Assembly (NCBI GenBank): GCA_045863335.1
Contig: BTVY01000034.1
Coordinates: 1-64,000, forward strand
Source: Candidatus Hydrogenedentota bacterium
GTDB taxonomy: Bacteria > Hydrogenedentota > Hydrogenedentia > Hydrogenedentales > SLHB01
Direction: 5' to 3'
DNA: 64,000 nucleotides
The notes under the pieces were generated by a model. It had not been told where the DNA came from. It made no database searches and saw only the letters and a list, made by a program, of their open reading frames with translations. Below, one piece after another: positions 16,804 through 26,189 of this stretch. Each line of letters opens with the position of its first letter. Positions within the stretch are counted from its first letter, which is position 1. The position numbers were made by a program, and so were the translations under genes.

Positions 16804-16830
16804 CTGGCACTCAACCATATGGAGTGCTAA
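16804..16830 (-). promoter_or_regulatory. CIRCE operator (HrcA site)
   Basis: Minus strand TTAGCACTC-N9-GAGTGCCAG directly upstream of hrcA; consensus is TTAGCACTC-N9-GAGTGCTAA. Confidence 0.95.
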
Positions 16831-16840
16831 CAGCCGCCGG

Positions 16841-16869
16841 AGTGTAACACACTCCCCAAACCCTGTCAA
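16841..16869 (-). promoter_or_regulatory. Sigma70-type promoter of hrcA operon
   Basis: TTGACA-17 nt-TACACT, 10 nt upstream of CIRCE. Confidence 0.85.
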
Positions 16870-16970
16870 GACGGTGCCTCCCGAAAAAACATACGCGCAA
16901 AGGTATCCTAATTATCTGATAAAAAATGAGTTACCAGAAAAGCCCGGCTTGTGAATCCTACAATAAACCC

Positions 16971-17000
16971 TTGACAAATAATTCCATAAACGGCTAGTCT
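16971..17000 (+). promoter_or_regulatory. Putative divergent promoter for glycosyltransferase genes
   Basis: TTGACA-18 nt-TAGTCT in an AT-rich stretch. Confidence 0.55.
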
Positions 17001-17042
17001 GAAAATGGTTAGCTTATATGCAGGGAGGTTTTCCAGCCCGAC

Positions 17043-18161
17043 ATGCGCCTGGGATTCGATATGGGACCCCTCACCTCGCGCCGAACTGGCGTGGGAAACT
17101 TCTGCTTTTCCCTACTCAAGGCCCTCCTGGAACTGGAGAATCCCCCGCAAATCCACGGGCTCGCAGCAGGCCTTCGATCTCCACAACTCGAAGAACTCCG
17201 GGACCGGGCACAGTGTCGATACCTGCCCCTGCCCGCGCGCGCCATGTACCAGGTCTGGAACGCCCTCCGTGCCCCGTCCGTAGAGACGTTGATTGGTCCG
17301 GTGGACGTGTTCCACGCCACGAACTATTACCTGCCTCCGGTCAAGCGTGCCGCGAAAGTGCTTTCGATATACGACGTGGCTTTCTTGATAAACCCCGAGT
17401 GGTGCAGCCCGAAGATTGTTGGACCCTTTACGCGCCGCATCCGGCACTTCGCCCAGGACGCCGACCGGATCCTCGCCAGCTCGGAATCCACCAAGCGTGA
17501 CGTCGTCGAATTGCTTGGCGTGCCGGACGGGAAGATCCGGGTTACCTACGGCGCCGCCGAGGAAACCCTGGCGCACCTCCCACGCGAAGAAGCCGCGGCC
17601 CACGTTGCAGACACCCTCAGAATCTCCCAGCCATATCTGCTCTTCGTGGGCACCATCGAGCCCCGCAAGAACGTGGAACGGCTCGCGCACGCGTTCAAGC
17701 GCATCGCGCCGGATCTCAAGCATCGACTTGTGGTGGCAGGTTCCGTCGGATGGAACGCTGAAGGCGCCCTCGCCGCCCTGAGCGATCCTGCCATCGCCGC
17801 CCGTGTCACGCGGCTCGGGTATGTGCCCTCCAATAGTCTCGCCGCCCTGTACTCCGCCGCGGACGCCCTCGTCATTCCCTCCCACTACGAAGGATTCGGA
17901 CTTCCCGTGGTGGAGGCCATGACTTGCGGATGCCCGGTCATCACGTCGAACGTATCCTCCCTCCCGGAAGCCGGCGGCGACGCGGCGGTGTACTGCGACC
18001 CCGGCGACACGGACTCATTGTCGCAGGCGATTGAGCGCGTGCTGGCCGATTCGGACCTGCGATCGCGTATGATAGCGTCGGGTTACAAGCAGGCAAGGCG
18101 CTTTTCCTGGCGAAACTGCGCAGAGGCGACTTTCAAGGCCTATGGGGAGGTCATTTCATGA
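17043..18161 (+). CDS. GT4 family glycosyltransferase
   Basis: [25 protein letters not shown] (EX7E). Confidence 0.93.
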   Translation: MRLGFDMGPLTSRRTGVGNFCFSLLKALLELENPPQIHGLAAGLRSPQLEELRDRAQCRYLPLPARAMYQVWNALRAPSVETLIGPVDVFHATNYYLPPVKRAAKVLSIYDVAFLINPEWCSPKIVGPFTRRIRHFAQDADRILASSESTKRDVVELLGVPDGKIRVTYGAAEETLAHLPREEAAAHVADTLRISQPYLLFVGTIEPRKNVERLAHAFKRIAPDLKHRLVVAGSVGWNAEGALAALSDPAIAARVTRLGYVPSNSLAALYSAADALVIPSHYEGFGLPVVEAMTCGCPVITSNVSSLPEAGGDAAVYCDPGDTDSLSQAIERVLADSDLRSRMIASGYKQARRFSWRNCAEATFKAYGEVIS

Positions 18162-19270
18162 ACGTGCTGTTCAATGCGTTGCAAGCGGGCAATCGCAGTG
18201 GTACGGGCGTCTACACGACCCAGCTTGCGTCGCGCATGCCTTCGATTGCGGGCAGCGACGCGATTACGGTGATTTGGCCGGCCCGATTGGCGTTCCCGCC
18301 ACAACGCGCGGATGCCGTCGCCCATCTTCAGAAGAAATCGTTCAACAGCAAAGGCGGCCGAATCCGCTACGATCAGTTCGGTATACGCCGCGATATCCGC
18401 GCCCTGAATGCCGATGTTGTGCATTACCCTGCCAACGTCGGAAGCGTGCTGCCGTTGCGGAACATGGTCATCACGATTCACGATCTGACCTTCTTCCACA
18501 ACCCGTCCTGGTACCGGTACGAACGCGCCCACTACTACCGCTGGTCGGTCGCCCGCTCCGCAAAACAGGCAAGCCGCATCATCACCGTTTCCACGGCGAG
18601 CGCAAACGAGATCTGCAAGATTCTCGGCGTTCCCGCGGACCGCATCGACGTGGTCTACAACGGTGTCGACGAGCGCTACACCCCGCGCAACGAGGGGGAG
18701 CAGCTCGCCGCCCAGGGCAAGTACCGTCTCCCCAATCCCTACTTCCTGTTCGTGGGAACCATCGAACCGCGCAAGAACGTGGCGCGGATCATCCAAGCCT
18801 GGTCCAGGGTCGCCGGCGATATCAAGGAGGATCTCGTCATCGCGGGCCGCGAAGGCTGGAAGGTCGGCCCGATCCGCCTCGAAGCTGAACTGGCCGGACA
18901 ATCGAAGCGCATTCATTTTCCAGGATTCATCGCGGATGACGATCTCCCCGCCATCATGAGCGGCGCCACCGCCCTCGTGTACCCCAGCCTGTATGAGGGG
19001 TTCGGCATCCCCGTTGCCGAAGCCATGGCCTGCGGCGTTCCCGTGATCACCTCCAACGTGTCCAGCCTCCCCGAAGTCGCGGGAGATGCCGCAATCACCG
19101 TCGATCCTACCGATGTTGACGGACTCGCGGAGAGTATTCGCAAACTTGCCGGCGACGAGGCACTCCGCGCGGACTTGTCGGAGAAGGGGCTGAAACGGGC
19201 AATGCGCTACACGTGGTCAAAAGCGGCCGAATTGACGTTGGCTTCGTACCGAAAGGTGATGGGCCCATGA
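18158..19270 (+). CDS. GT4 family glycosyltransferase (paralogue of upstream gene)
   Basis: [30 protein letters not shown]; ATGA overlap. Confidence 0.93.
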   Translation: MNVLFNALQAGNRSGTGVYTTQLASRMPSIAGSDAITVIWPARLAFPPQRADAVAHLQKKSFNSKGGRIRYDQFGIRRDIRALNADVVHYPANVGSVLPLRNMVITIHDLTFFHNPSWYRYERAHYYRWSVARSAKQASRIITVSTASANEICKILGVPADRIDVVYNGVDERYTPRNEGEQLAAQGKYRLPNPYFLFVGTIEPRKNVARIIQAWSRVAGDIKEDLVIAGREGWKVGPIRLEAELAGQSKRIHFPGFIADDDLPAIMSGATALVYPSLYEGFGIPVAEAMACGVPVITSNVSSLPEVAGDAAITVDPTDVDGLAESIRKLAGDEALRADLSEKGLKRAMRYTWSKAAELTLASYRKVMGP

Positions 19271-19295
19271 GCGGGAGACACGGCAAGGCGAGCCG

Positions 19296-20396
19296 GTGAA
19301 GATCGTACACGTATACAAGGATTTCGACCCTCCGGTTCACGGCGGCATGGAACACCACATGGCCCTGATGTGCCGGTTCCAGCGGCAATGGGCCGAGGTA
19401 AGCGCTCTCACGTGCAGCCGTTCCCGCCAAACGCAAATCGTCGAACGCGACGGCACTCCGGTTACGGAAGTCGCTGAATGGGGCCGCTTCCAGAGCGCTC
19501 CCGTATCGCCGGGATTCCCCTGGCATATGCGCCGCATTCAGGCCGACGTAGTCGTCGTTCACGTGCCCAATCCGACCGCCGAGATCGGCTGGCTCGTCTC
19601 GCGCCCTGAGGCGCATCTCGTGGTTCGCTATCAGAGCGACGTCATACGGCAGGCGAGCGCCATGCGCTACTACGCGCCGATCCAACGCCGGTTCCTGGAT
19701 AGGGCCGAGGTCATTATCACCACGTCACAGCAGTACCTCGAAACATCGACTACCCTGGAGCCGTTCAAGGATCGCTGCCGCATCATTCCGTTGGGTATTC
19801 TCCCGGAAGATTTCCTCCATCCGGGCGACGACACGATCGCCGAATTGCGCCAGCGTTACGGCGGCCCATACGTCCTCTTCAGCGGACGCCACCGGTACTA
19901 CAAGGGCCTTGAGAACCTGGTCCGCGCGTCGAAACGCATTCAAGCACCCGTGGTAATCGCCGGCGACGGCCCGGAACGAAAAGCTTGCGAAGCCCTCGCC
20001 AAGGAACTCGAAGCCCCCGTCCACTTCGCGGGCGCCCTGACCCGTGAGGATCTCATCGCCCACCTCCATGGATGCGAAGTCTTCGCCTTTCCGTCGGTCG
20101 CGCGCAGCGAGGCCTATGGCATTTCCATGCTCGAAGCCCACGCCTGCGGTAAACCGGTCGTCGCGACCACCCTCGGGACCGGTGTCGAGTTCGTCAACCT
20201 CCACAATCAGACGGGACTCAACGTCCCGCCCCGCGACCCCGTGGCCCTCGCCGAGGCCATCAACATCCTCCTCGAAAACCCCGAGCAGCGCCGCGCCATG
20301 GGCGAGTTCGCGCGCAGGCGCGTGGAAACGGAGTTGCACGCCGAACACATCGCACGGCGAGAATACGAGGTGTACCGGGAGATCGCGGGGGAATAG
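19296..20396 (+). CDS. GT4 family glycosyltransferase
   Basis: HVYKDFDPPVHGGME, GRHRYYKG, FPSVARSEAYGISMLEA. Confidence 0.92.
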   Translation: MKIVHVYKDFDPPVHGGMEHHMALMCRFQRQWAEVSALTCSRSRQTQIVERDGTPVTEVAEWGRFQSAPVSPGFPWHMRRIQADVVVVHVPNPTAEIGWLVSRPEAHLVVRYQSDVIRQASAMRYYAPIQRRFLDRAEVIITTSQQYLETSTTLEPFKDRCRIIPLGILPEDFLHPGDDTIAELRQRYGGPYVLFSGRHRYYKGLENLVRASKRIQAPVVIAGDGPERKACEALAKELEAPVHFAGALTREDLIAHLHGCEVFAFPSVARSEAYGISMLEAHACGKPVVATTLGTGVEFVNLHNQTGLNVPPRDPVALAEAINILLENPEQRRAMGEFARRRVETELHAEHIARREYEVYREIAGE

Positions 20397-20635
20397 GACG
20401 TATCGGACCCATAGGACCAATAGGACGGGGCATGTCGAGGGCTTACCCTGAATGACTTGCGAGATCCGGTTCGCGTGGCCAAGATCATAAAATCTCAATG
20501 ATGCCACCAGCCCAACCAGTCGAGTTTATTGGCCCAGATGATTCCACCAACGCTATCGGATTGCAAAAAGTCTATCCGTCGTCCCCTCACAATGGCTTAG
20601 GTCCTATACGTCCTATCGGTCCTATAAGTCCTATT
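20392..20635. repeat. Inverted pair of 9-bp tandem arrays (nATAGGACn / nGTCCTATn)
   Basis: 4 units at 20392-20427 and 4 reverse-complement units at 20600-20635, between convergent genes. Confidence 0.85.
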
Positions 20636-20645
20636 CCGCCGCACC

Positions 20646-22223
20646 TCACTCCCCAATCACCCGAACCCCTTCGCAACCATCCCCTTGCTCGACCAGCCGC
20701 TCCAGTTGCACACCGTCACCGCCGCGAATCATCGCATCGCGCGTGCGCTTCAGCAGAATCTGCGCGGCGCCTTCCGGCTCCTGTTCCGCGCGCAGGGTAT
20801 CCAGCCGCAGGTCTTCGACATCGTCCGCCACGATCGCGGGGCGCAGGTCCGGCGCTTCATACCGCAGGTCGATGTCTCGCAGATACGCGCCCTGCACATG
20901 CCGCAAGTAGAGCCCGTACGCGGGCAGGGTACCGAACATGGTCGATTCCGGATACTGGTCCTCCACCTCCGGCACCTCCGCAGCCGCATGCTCCAAGGTG
21001 CCTCCGCCCATGAACGCAATCCGGACATTTGAAAGCGTCAGGCCTTCGATTGGATGGCCTGGAATCCCAGCAATAGGACAACCCGTGATGCTCGCCCCCG
21101 TCGCGACCACGTTGCTGATGGACACGTCCCGCATCACGCCCACCGGCCGTTTCGGATCGCCTTCCTTCCACGGCCGGGCGCGGTTGCCGAGGCGCAGAAA
21201 GATCGGCGCCGTCGTGCCTTCAATGACCGTGTTCGAAATAGAGATCCGTTCCATTGTTCCGCCGTCGACGATCTCCAGCGCAATTCCGGCCAACCCTTCG
21301 GCCCGTCCCGCAAGCACTTCCGGCGCTTGCGAACGCTGAATCACGCAGTTGCTGATCGTGATGTCCTTGAATCCGCCCGACGATTCAGTCCCCGCTTTGA
21401 GGGCGTTGCAGTGCGATCGCAATACGCAGTTCGTAATCGTCACGTGCTCCGTCGGATCGGCCCCCGTGCTTTTCAAGGTCAACGCGTCGTCGTCGCTGTC
21501 GCCAAAACAATCGCTCACGATCACGTTCCGGCAACTGTCGATGTCAATCATGTCGTTGTTCTTGCAGCCGTGGTTGTAGACGTTAAGGTTCCGCAGCGTG
21601 ACGAAATCGCAGTTGAGATACTGCTGCATCCACATGGCGGAATTGCGAAGGAACAATCCTTCCACGCGCACGTTCCGGCAACTGATGAGCCGAATCAGGT
21701 AGGGCCGGTTGAAGTAGCGCGATTCCGGCGTATAGCGGCCTTCGGCTTTATACGCCTCAGCAATCTCTGCCAATTCTTCTTCCGCGGCCGCGTTGTCGCG
21801 GAAATGGACTCCCTGTCCGTCGATCGTGCCCATCCCCGTAATGGCCACGTCTTCCAACCCTTCACCCCAAATCAGGGCCCGCGCCGTGTACCGGTCGCTC
21901 CGGGACGGGTACGCGCACTTCGTGACCGGGTAGTCGGCGATATCCGTGCTGCCCAGCAGGGTCGCGGCGTGGTCCACTCGCAGGTGTACCCGGCTCTTTA
22001 GATACAGCGTCCCCGTGACAAACTGCCCCGGCGGAATCAACACCGTACCGCCTTCCGCCGCGGCGCATTCGTCAATGGCCCGCTGAATCGCTTGCGTATT
22101 CAGCGTGGCGCCATCGCCCACGGCACCGTATTCAGTGACGTCGTAGACCCCTGCGCCGTACGCGACCGACGCGGCGAATGCAACGACGACGATACTTCTT
22201 ATTCCTAAACAACACGTGTTCAC
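20646..22223 (-). CDS. GH28-like pectin-lyase-fold glycoside hydrolase, secreted
   Basis: Signal peptide; YGAVGDG...TQAIQRAID; NNDMID, DDDAL, ALKAGTES. Confidence 0.88.
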   Translation of the reverse strand: MNTCCLGIRSIVVVAFAASVAYGAGVYDVTEYGAVGDGATLNTQAIQRAIDECAAAEGGTVLIPPGQFVTGTLYLKSRVHLRVDHAATLLGSTDIADYPVTKCAYPSRSDRYTARALIWGEGLEDVAITGMGTIDGQGVHFRDNAAAEEELAEIAEAYKAEGRYTPESRYFNRPYLIRLISCRNVRVEGLFLRNSAMWMQQYLNCDFVTLRNLNVYNHGCKNNDMIDIDSCRNVIVSDCFGDSDDDALTLKSTGADPTEHVTITNCVLRSHCNALKAGTESSGGFKDITISNCVIQRSQAPEVLAGRAEGLAGIALEIVDGGTMERISISNTVIEGTTAPIFLRLGNRARPWKEGDPKRPVGVMRDVSISNVVATGASITGCPIAGIPGHPIEGLTLSNVRIAFMGGGTLEHAAAEVPEVEDQYPESTMFGTLPAYGLYLRHVQGAYLRDIDLRYEAPDLRPAIVADDVEDLRLDTLRAEQEPEGAAQILLKRTRDAMIRGGDGVQLERLVEQGDGCEGVRVIGE

Positions 22224-22251
22224 CCCATACCCCCTCCTTTTGCCCCACTTG

Positions 22252-22302
22252 GTGGTGCAGGCTTCCGGCCTGATCTATTCGCAGGCCGGAAGCCTGCACC
22301 AC
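22252..22302. repeat. Perfect 21-bp inverted repeat (REP-like doublet)
   Basis: GTGGTGCAGGCTTCCGGCCTG-9 nt-CAGGCCGGAAGCCTGCACCAC. Confidence 0.9.
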
Positions 22303-22436
22303 AAAGCGCGCAAGTGAGATTCTACGATACTGGACTCCCTCGCAGGTCTACCACACGATCATGGAAATGCCCGTCAAACTTGTGTATCAATGATGGCTTC
22401 CGTTTCGGGGAAGATACAAACCGGCGTGGGAGCCCC

Positions 22437-23570
22437 ATGACTGACTGGCAGGTGAACTGGTACTCCATCTTTGCGTACGCGCTGGGGATCTCCTTTCTGG
22501 CGTCCGCAATCTTCACCCATATCGTCCGGCTTCTTGCCATCCGCTGGGGAATCTACGATCATCCCGGCGAACGCAAGATGCAAGTCGAACCCGTGCCGCT
22601 TCTCGGCGGTGTCGCCATCGTCGTCACCTTCTATGGCGTCATCGCTTTCAACCTGCTGATGCTGATTCCCGTCCAGCAATTCGGCTTCACGTGGCTTGCC
22701 GATCACGTGCTCCACTTTCTTGGGAAGGGTCAGGACGTGGTCTGGAAACTCGGCGGCCTGGCCGTGGGCGGGCTCATCGTATTCGCCTTAGGCGTTGTCG
22801 ACGACCTGAAAACCCTTGGCCCCGAAAAGAAACTGGTCGGCCAGGTCGCGGCGTCCCTCGTGCTGGTGCTGTCCGGCGTTCGCCTGGACCTTTTTAACGA
22901 CATCGTTCCACAGCCGCTGGCAACGATTTTCGGATCGCTGGCCGCCATGTTCTGGGTCATCATGATGATGAATGCCATGAACTTCCTGGACAACATGGAC
23001 GGCCTCAGCGCGGGCATCTCCCTCATTGCGGCCCTGTCGTTCTTTGCTTGTTTCCTCCCCAGCGGCCAAACCTTCGTGTGTGTTCTGCTGCTGGTCTTCG
23101 CCGGGTCCGTAGCGGGGTTTCTTTACCACAATTTCAATCCGGCGCGGATTTACATGGGCGATGCGGGTTCCATGTTCTGCGGCTACATACTGGCCACCGT
23201 CGCCCTGCTCGGCACGTTCTACACCGCCGATGCGACCCCTTCCCGCGTGGCCCTGGCTGCGCCATTCCTCGCGCTCAGCGTGCCCATCTTCGACACGTCC
23301 AGCGTCGTGTTCATCCGCTGGCGCCGCGGCGAGTCCATCATGAAAGGCGACAAACGCCACTTCTCGCACCGCCTCGTCGAGATTGGCATGTCGCCGCGCC
23401 AAGCGGTGGAGTTCATTTATCTCGTGGGCTTTGTATCGGGCCTGGGCGCCGTGCTTTTGCCCCACGTCTCCACAATGGGTACCATGCTCGTCGTTGCCCA
23501 AACCATCGGCCTGTACAGCCTCATTGTATTGCTCATGATCCCCGCCAACGGGAGACGCAAAGCGCCGTGA
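22437..23570 (+). CDS. WecA/MraY-family undecaprenyl-phosphate HexNAc-1-phosphate transferase
   Basis: PLLGG, GVVDD, NAMNFLDNMDGL, YMGDAGS, DKRHFSHRL; multiple TM helices. Confidence 0.92.
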   Translation: MTDWQVNWYSIFAYALGISFLASAIFTHIVRLLAIRWGIYDHPGERKMQVEPVPLLGGVAIVVTFYGVIAFNLLMLIPVQQFGFTWLADHVLHFLGKGQDVVWKLGGLAVGGLIVFALGVVDDLKTLGPEKKLVGQVAASLVLVLSGVRLDLFNDIVPQPLATIFGSLAAMFWVIMMMNAMNFLDNMDGLSAGISLIAALSFFACFLPSGQTFVCVLLLVFAGSVAGFLYHNFNPARIYMGDAGSMFCGYILATVALLGTFYTADATPSRVALAAPFLALSVPIFDTSSVVFIRWRRGESIMKGDKRHFSHRLVEIGMSPRQAVEFIYLVGFVSGLGAVLLPHVSTMGTMLVVAQTIGLYSLIVLLMIPANGRRKAP

Positions 23571-26137
23571 CGAAGAAACTCAAGATAAGAGCCCTGCCGG
23601 TTGCTCCCCAGCCCACGGCCGGGACCTCCAGCACCTGGATGCCCTTCGGCGCGCCCATCAACGAGATTGTACTCGCGCTCGGCCTCGGCGGGTTGATCTT
23701 CATGCGCCCGTGGATAGACGGCCTGACCTACCCGGAGAAGAACACCTACTTCGTTTGGATCGTCTCGGGATTGTTCGCTTTATGGTCTGCCCGGCTCTTC
23801 TTCCGTAAAGAAGATCTCCGGTATCCGATCCATATCACCCTACTCGGCGTGTTCGTGTTTATCGCGTTCGCCACGGGATTCGCGTCGGTCCAATTCGATG
23901 CCACGTACCGTTCGCTCCTCAATTGGGCAAGTTACCTCATGATCTTCGCCATGGCGGCGAGCGGACTTCGCTCGCCCGCCGCAGTGGCCGTCATACTCGG
24001 CTTTTTCGTGTTGACTTCGTTCGCGGAGACGATCTGGAGCATCCTTCACATCAACTACCTGATGCCCCTGCAACGGGAAGCTTTGAAAGACCCCGAGCAG
24101 ATGCGCCTGTATTTTGACACCACGGAGATGACGCCGGAGATCCGCAGCCGCATCGAGAGCAACCGCGCCATGGGTTCGCTCCTCTTCGCCAATGCCCTCG
24201 CATGCTGGATCCTCGTCGCCATTCCCTTCGCCATCGGCGGCGCGGTCCATGCCTTCCTCCGCCTGCGCGAAACCGTTCCGTCCCCCGTGGACGAGGAGCC
24301 TCGCAAGGACACGCGCGCCCTGGTACTCGGCATGCTCGTCGGCATGGGTTCGTTTATTGCCGTCGCGGTGTTTTATTCGTTCTATTTCGCCTTCGAATTC
24401 ATGGGGCAGTCGTGGACCGACCACCCCGTTCGTTGGACCCTGTACTGTGTCATTATCCCGTCCGCCCTCGGCGCGTTCACGTTCCGCGCGGTACACCGAT
24501 CCGGCACGCGCCGCGTGCTGCTGCGCATCCAATGTGTCGTGCTCGCCGCGCTCGCGATTCTGCAATGCGTCGGCCTCGCGCACACGTACTCCCGCGGCGG
24601 CATGCTCGCGACTGCGGCGGCACTCGCGCTCGGGGGCGCACTGGTTTGGTACGGCGGAAAGCTATCGGTTATTGCACGCACGGGGGCTGTGGCCGCCCTG
24701 GTTCTCCTGGCGGCATTAAGCGGCGTCAACGCGCTCAACGACACCGCTTGGGCGCAAGAAGCGCCGCCGGCCGAAGCCGCCGACACCAACGTGGAACTCC
24801 AGGGGGTCAACCCGTCGCTCGATGCCATGATGAACCCGGCGACCGCTTTCCTCCGGCTTTCGTACTGGCAGTCTGGACTCGAGATGTTCCTGGCCAACCC
24901 GTGGACCGGCGTGGGGTTCGGCAACTTTGGAACCGTTTATCCCAAATACCAGCTCCCCAATTCCGCCGACGTAAAGCAGGCGCACAACGACTTCCTTCAA
25001 GCCTTCTGCGAGACCGGTGTTTTCGGCGGCCTGGCCTTCATCATCTTCTGGTCCTGGTTCGCCTACTGGGGCGCACGCCGCATCCTGCGCGAGCCTGACA
25101 CCGCCCACCGATGGCTCCTTGCGGGGCTCTACGGCGGAGCCCTCGGCTTCGTCTTCCATGCCGTTGTCGACTTCAATTTCGCAAACCCGGCCCTCGCGAC
25201 CCTGGTCTTCCTCGTTGCAGGGCTGTTTCTTTCCATGGCCGCAGACGCGCGCGCACCCGCGATCAACCGTCAGCGCGCGATTCTCGCGGGCGCGCCGGGG
25301 CTGCTGTTCGCCGCGGTGGTCGTTGCTTTTGGATGGCGCGTGTACCAGCTCGACGCCACCATCGGCAATGATATGGAACGTAAGCTCCGCCTGGAAGCCG
25401 CTGTGCGCTTGCTGGATCTGGATGGGTCCCCGGCAGCCAATGTGCCGACGGCGGGTTTCCTGCAAATATCCGACCGCGCCGTGTCCTACCTCATTCCAAG
25501 CCGTTCCGCCCGGGAAAGTTTCGGCAAGCTGTATACCCGTCTCCAACCCGGCAGCAAGTCTGCCCGTCCCGTTGCCGCGAATGAACCCATTCCCGAAGAT
25601 GCCGTCCTGCTGGTGATGAACCCCCGGGAAGCGAAGGCGCGCGCCACCGAACGCATCCCGCTATGGCTCACAATGTTTGCCGACGCCGACAGCCGGTATC
25701 CCTACGACCCCGACGTTGCGGCGCATCTGTGCCTGTGGAACGAACTGCTCTTCGGTCATGCCGAATCACCCCGGGACAAGCTGCGCTATGCGGACCAATC
25801 GGTCGCCTGGGCCGAGGAATGTGTTCGCAGGAGCCCCGAAGAGGTCCGTCTGCGGAACCTTCTCGCAAGGTGCTATTGGCGGCGCGGCGAGATTGACGAG
25901 ACCGAGGCTCAACTCGAGTATTACGATGCCGCCCTCGACGAGTATCTCCAATGCGTGGAACTTTTCCCGAGCCGGCCGGATGTGTACTTCGATTACGCCG
26001 ACCTCGCGGCGTCCTACGGCGAACTGCGCAAAGATGCCGGTGACATCGCAGGCGGCCAAGCCCTGATCGACAATGCCGAGGCCATTCGCCAGCGAGGCCA
26101 ACGCCTGGCAGATGCCCGCGCCGCCGCTGGCCGGTAA
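23567..26137 (+). CDS. O-antigen ligase (Wzy_C)-family membrane protein with C-terminal TPR-like domain
   Basis: TYSRGG, R..YW, GVGFGNF, AHNDFLQ..ETG; GTG start overlaps upstream stop. Confidence 0.85.
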   Translation: MTKKLKIRALPVAPQPTAGTSSTWMPFGAPINEIVLALGLGGLIFMRPWIDGLTYPEKNTYFVWIVSGLFALWSARLFFRKEDLRYPIHITLLGVFVFIAFATGFASVQFDATYRSLLNWASYLMIFAMAASGLRSPAAVAVILGFFVLTSFAETIWSILHINYLMPLQREALKDPEQMRLYFDTTEMTPEIRSRIESNRAMGSLLFANALACWILVAIPFAIGGAVHAFLRLRETVPSPVDEEPRKDTRALVLGMLVGMGSFIAVAVFYSFYFAFEFMGQSWTDHPVRWTLYCVIIPSALGAFTFRAVHRSGTRRVLLRIQCVVLAALAILQCVGLAHTYSRGGMLATAAALALGGALVWYGGKLSVIARTGAVAALVLLAALSGVNALNDTAWAQEAPPAEAADTNVELQGVNPSLDAMMNPATAFLRLSYWQSGLEMFLANPWTGVGFGNFGTVYPKYQLPNSADVKQAHNDFLQAFCETGVFGGLAFIIFWSWFAYWGARRILREPDTAHRWLLAGLYGGALGFVFHAVVDFNFANPALATLVFLVAGLFLSMAADARAPAINRQRAILAGAPGLLFAAVVVAFGWRVYQLDATIGNDMERKLRLEAAVRLLDLDGSPAANVPTAGFLQISDRAVSYLIPSRSARESFGKLYTRLQPGSKSARPVAANEPIPEDAVLLVMNPREAKARATERIPLWLTMFADADSRYPYDPDVAAHLCLWNELLFGHAESPRDKLRYADQSVAWAEECVRRSPEEVRLRNLLARCYWRRGEIDETEAQLEYYDAALDEYLQCVELFPSRPDVYFDYADLAASYGELRKDAGDIAGGQALIDNAEAIRQRGQRLADARAAAGR

Positions 26138-26189
26138 CCATCTCAACCCGAGGCCTTCGGTGTACCGGAGGCCGCCACGAAGGATTGCC

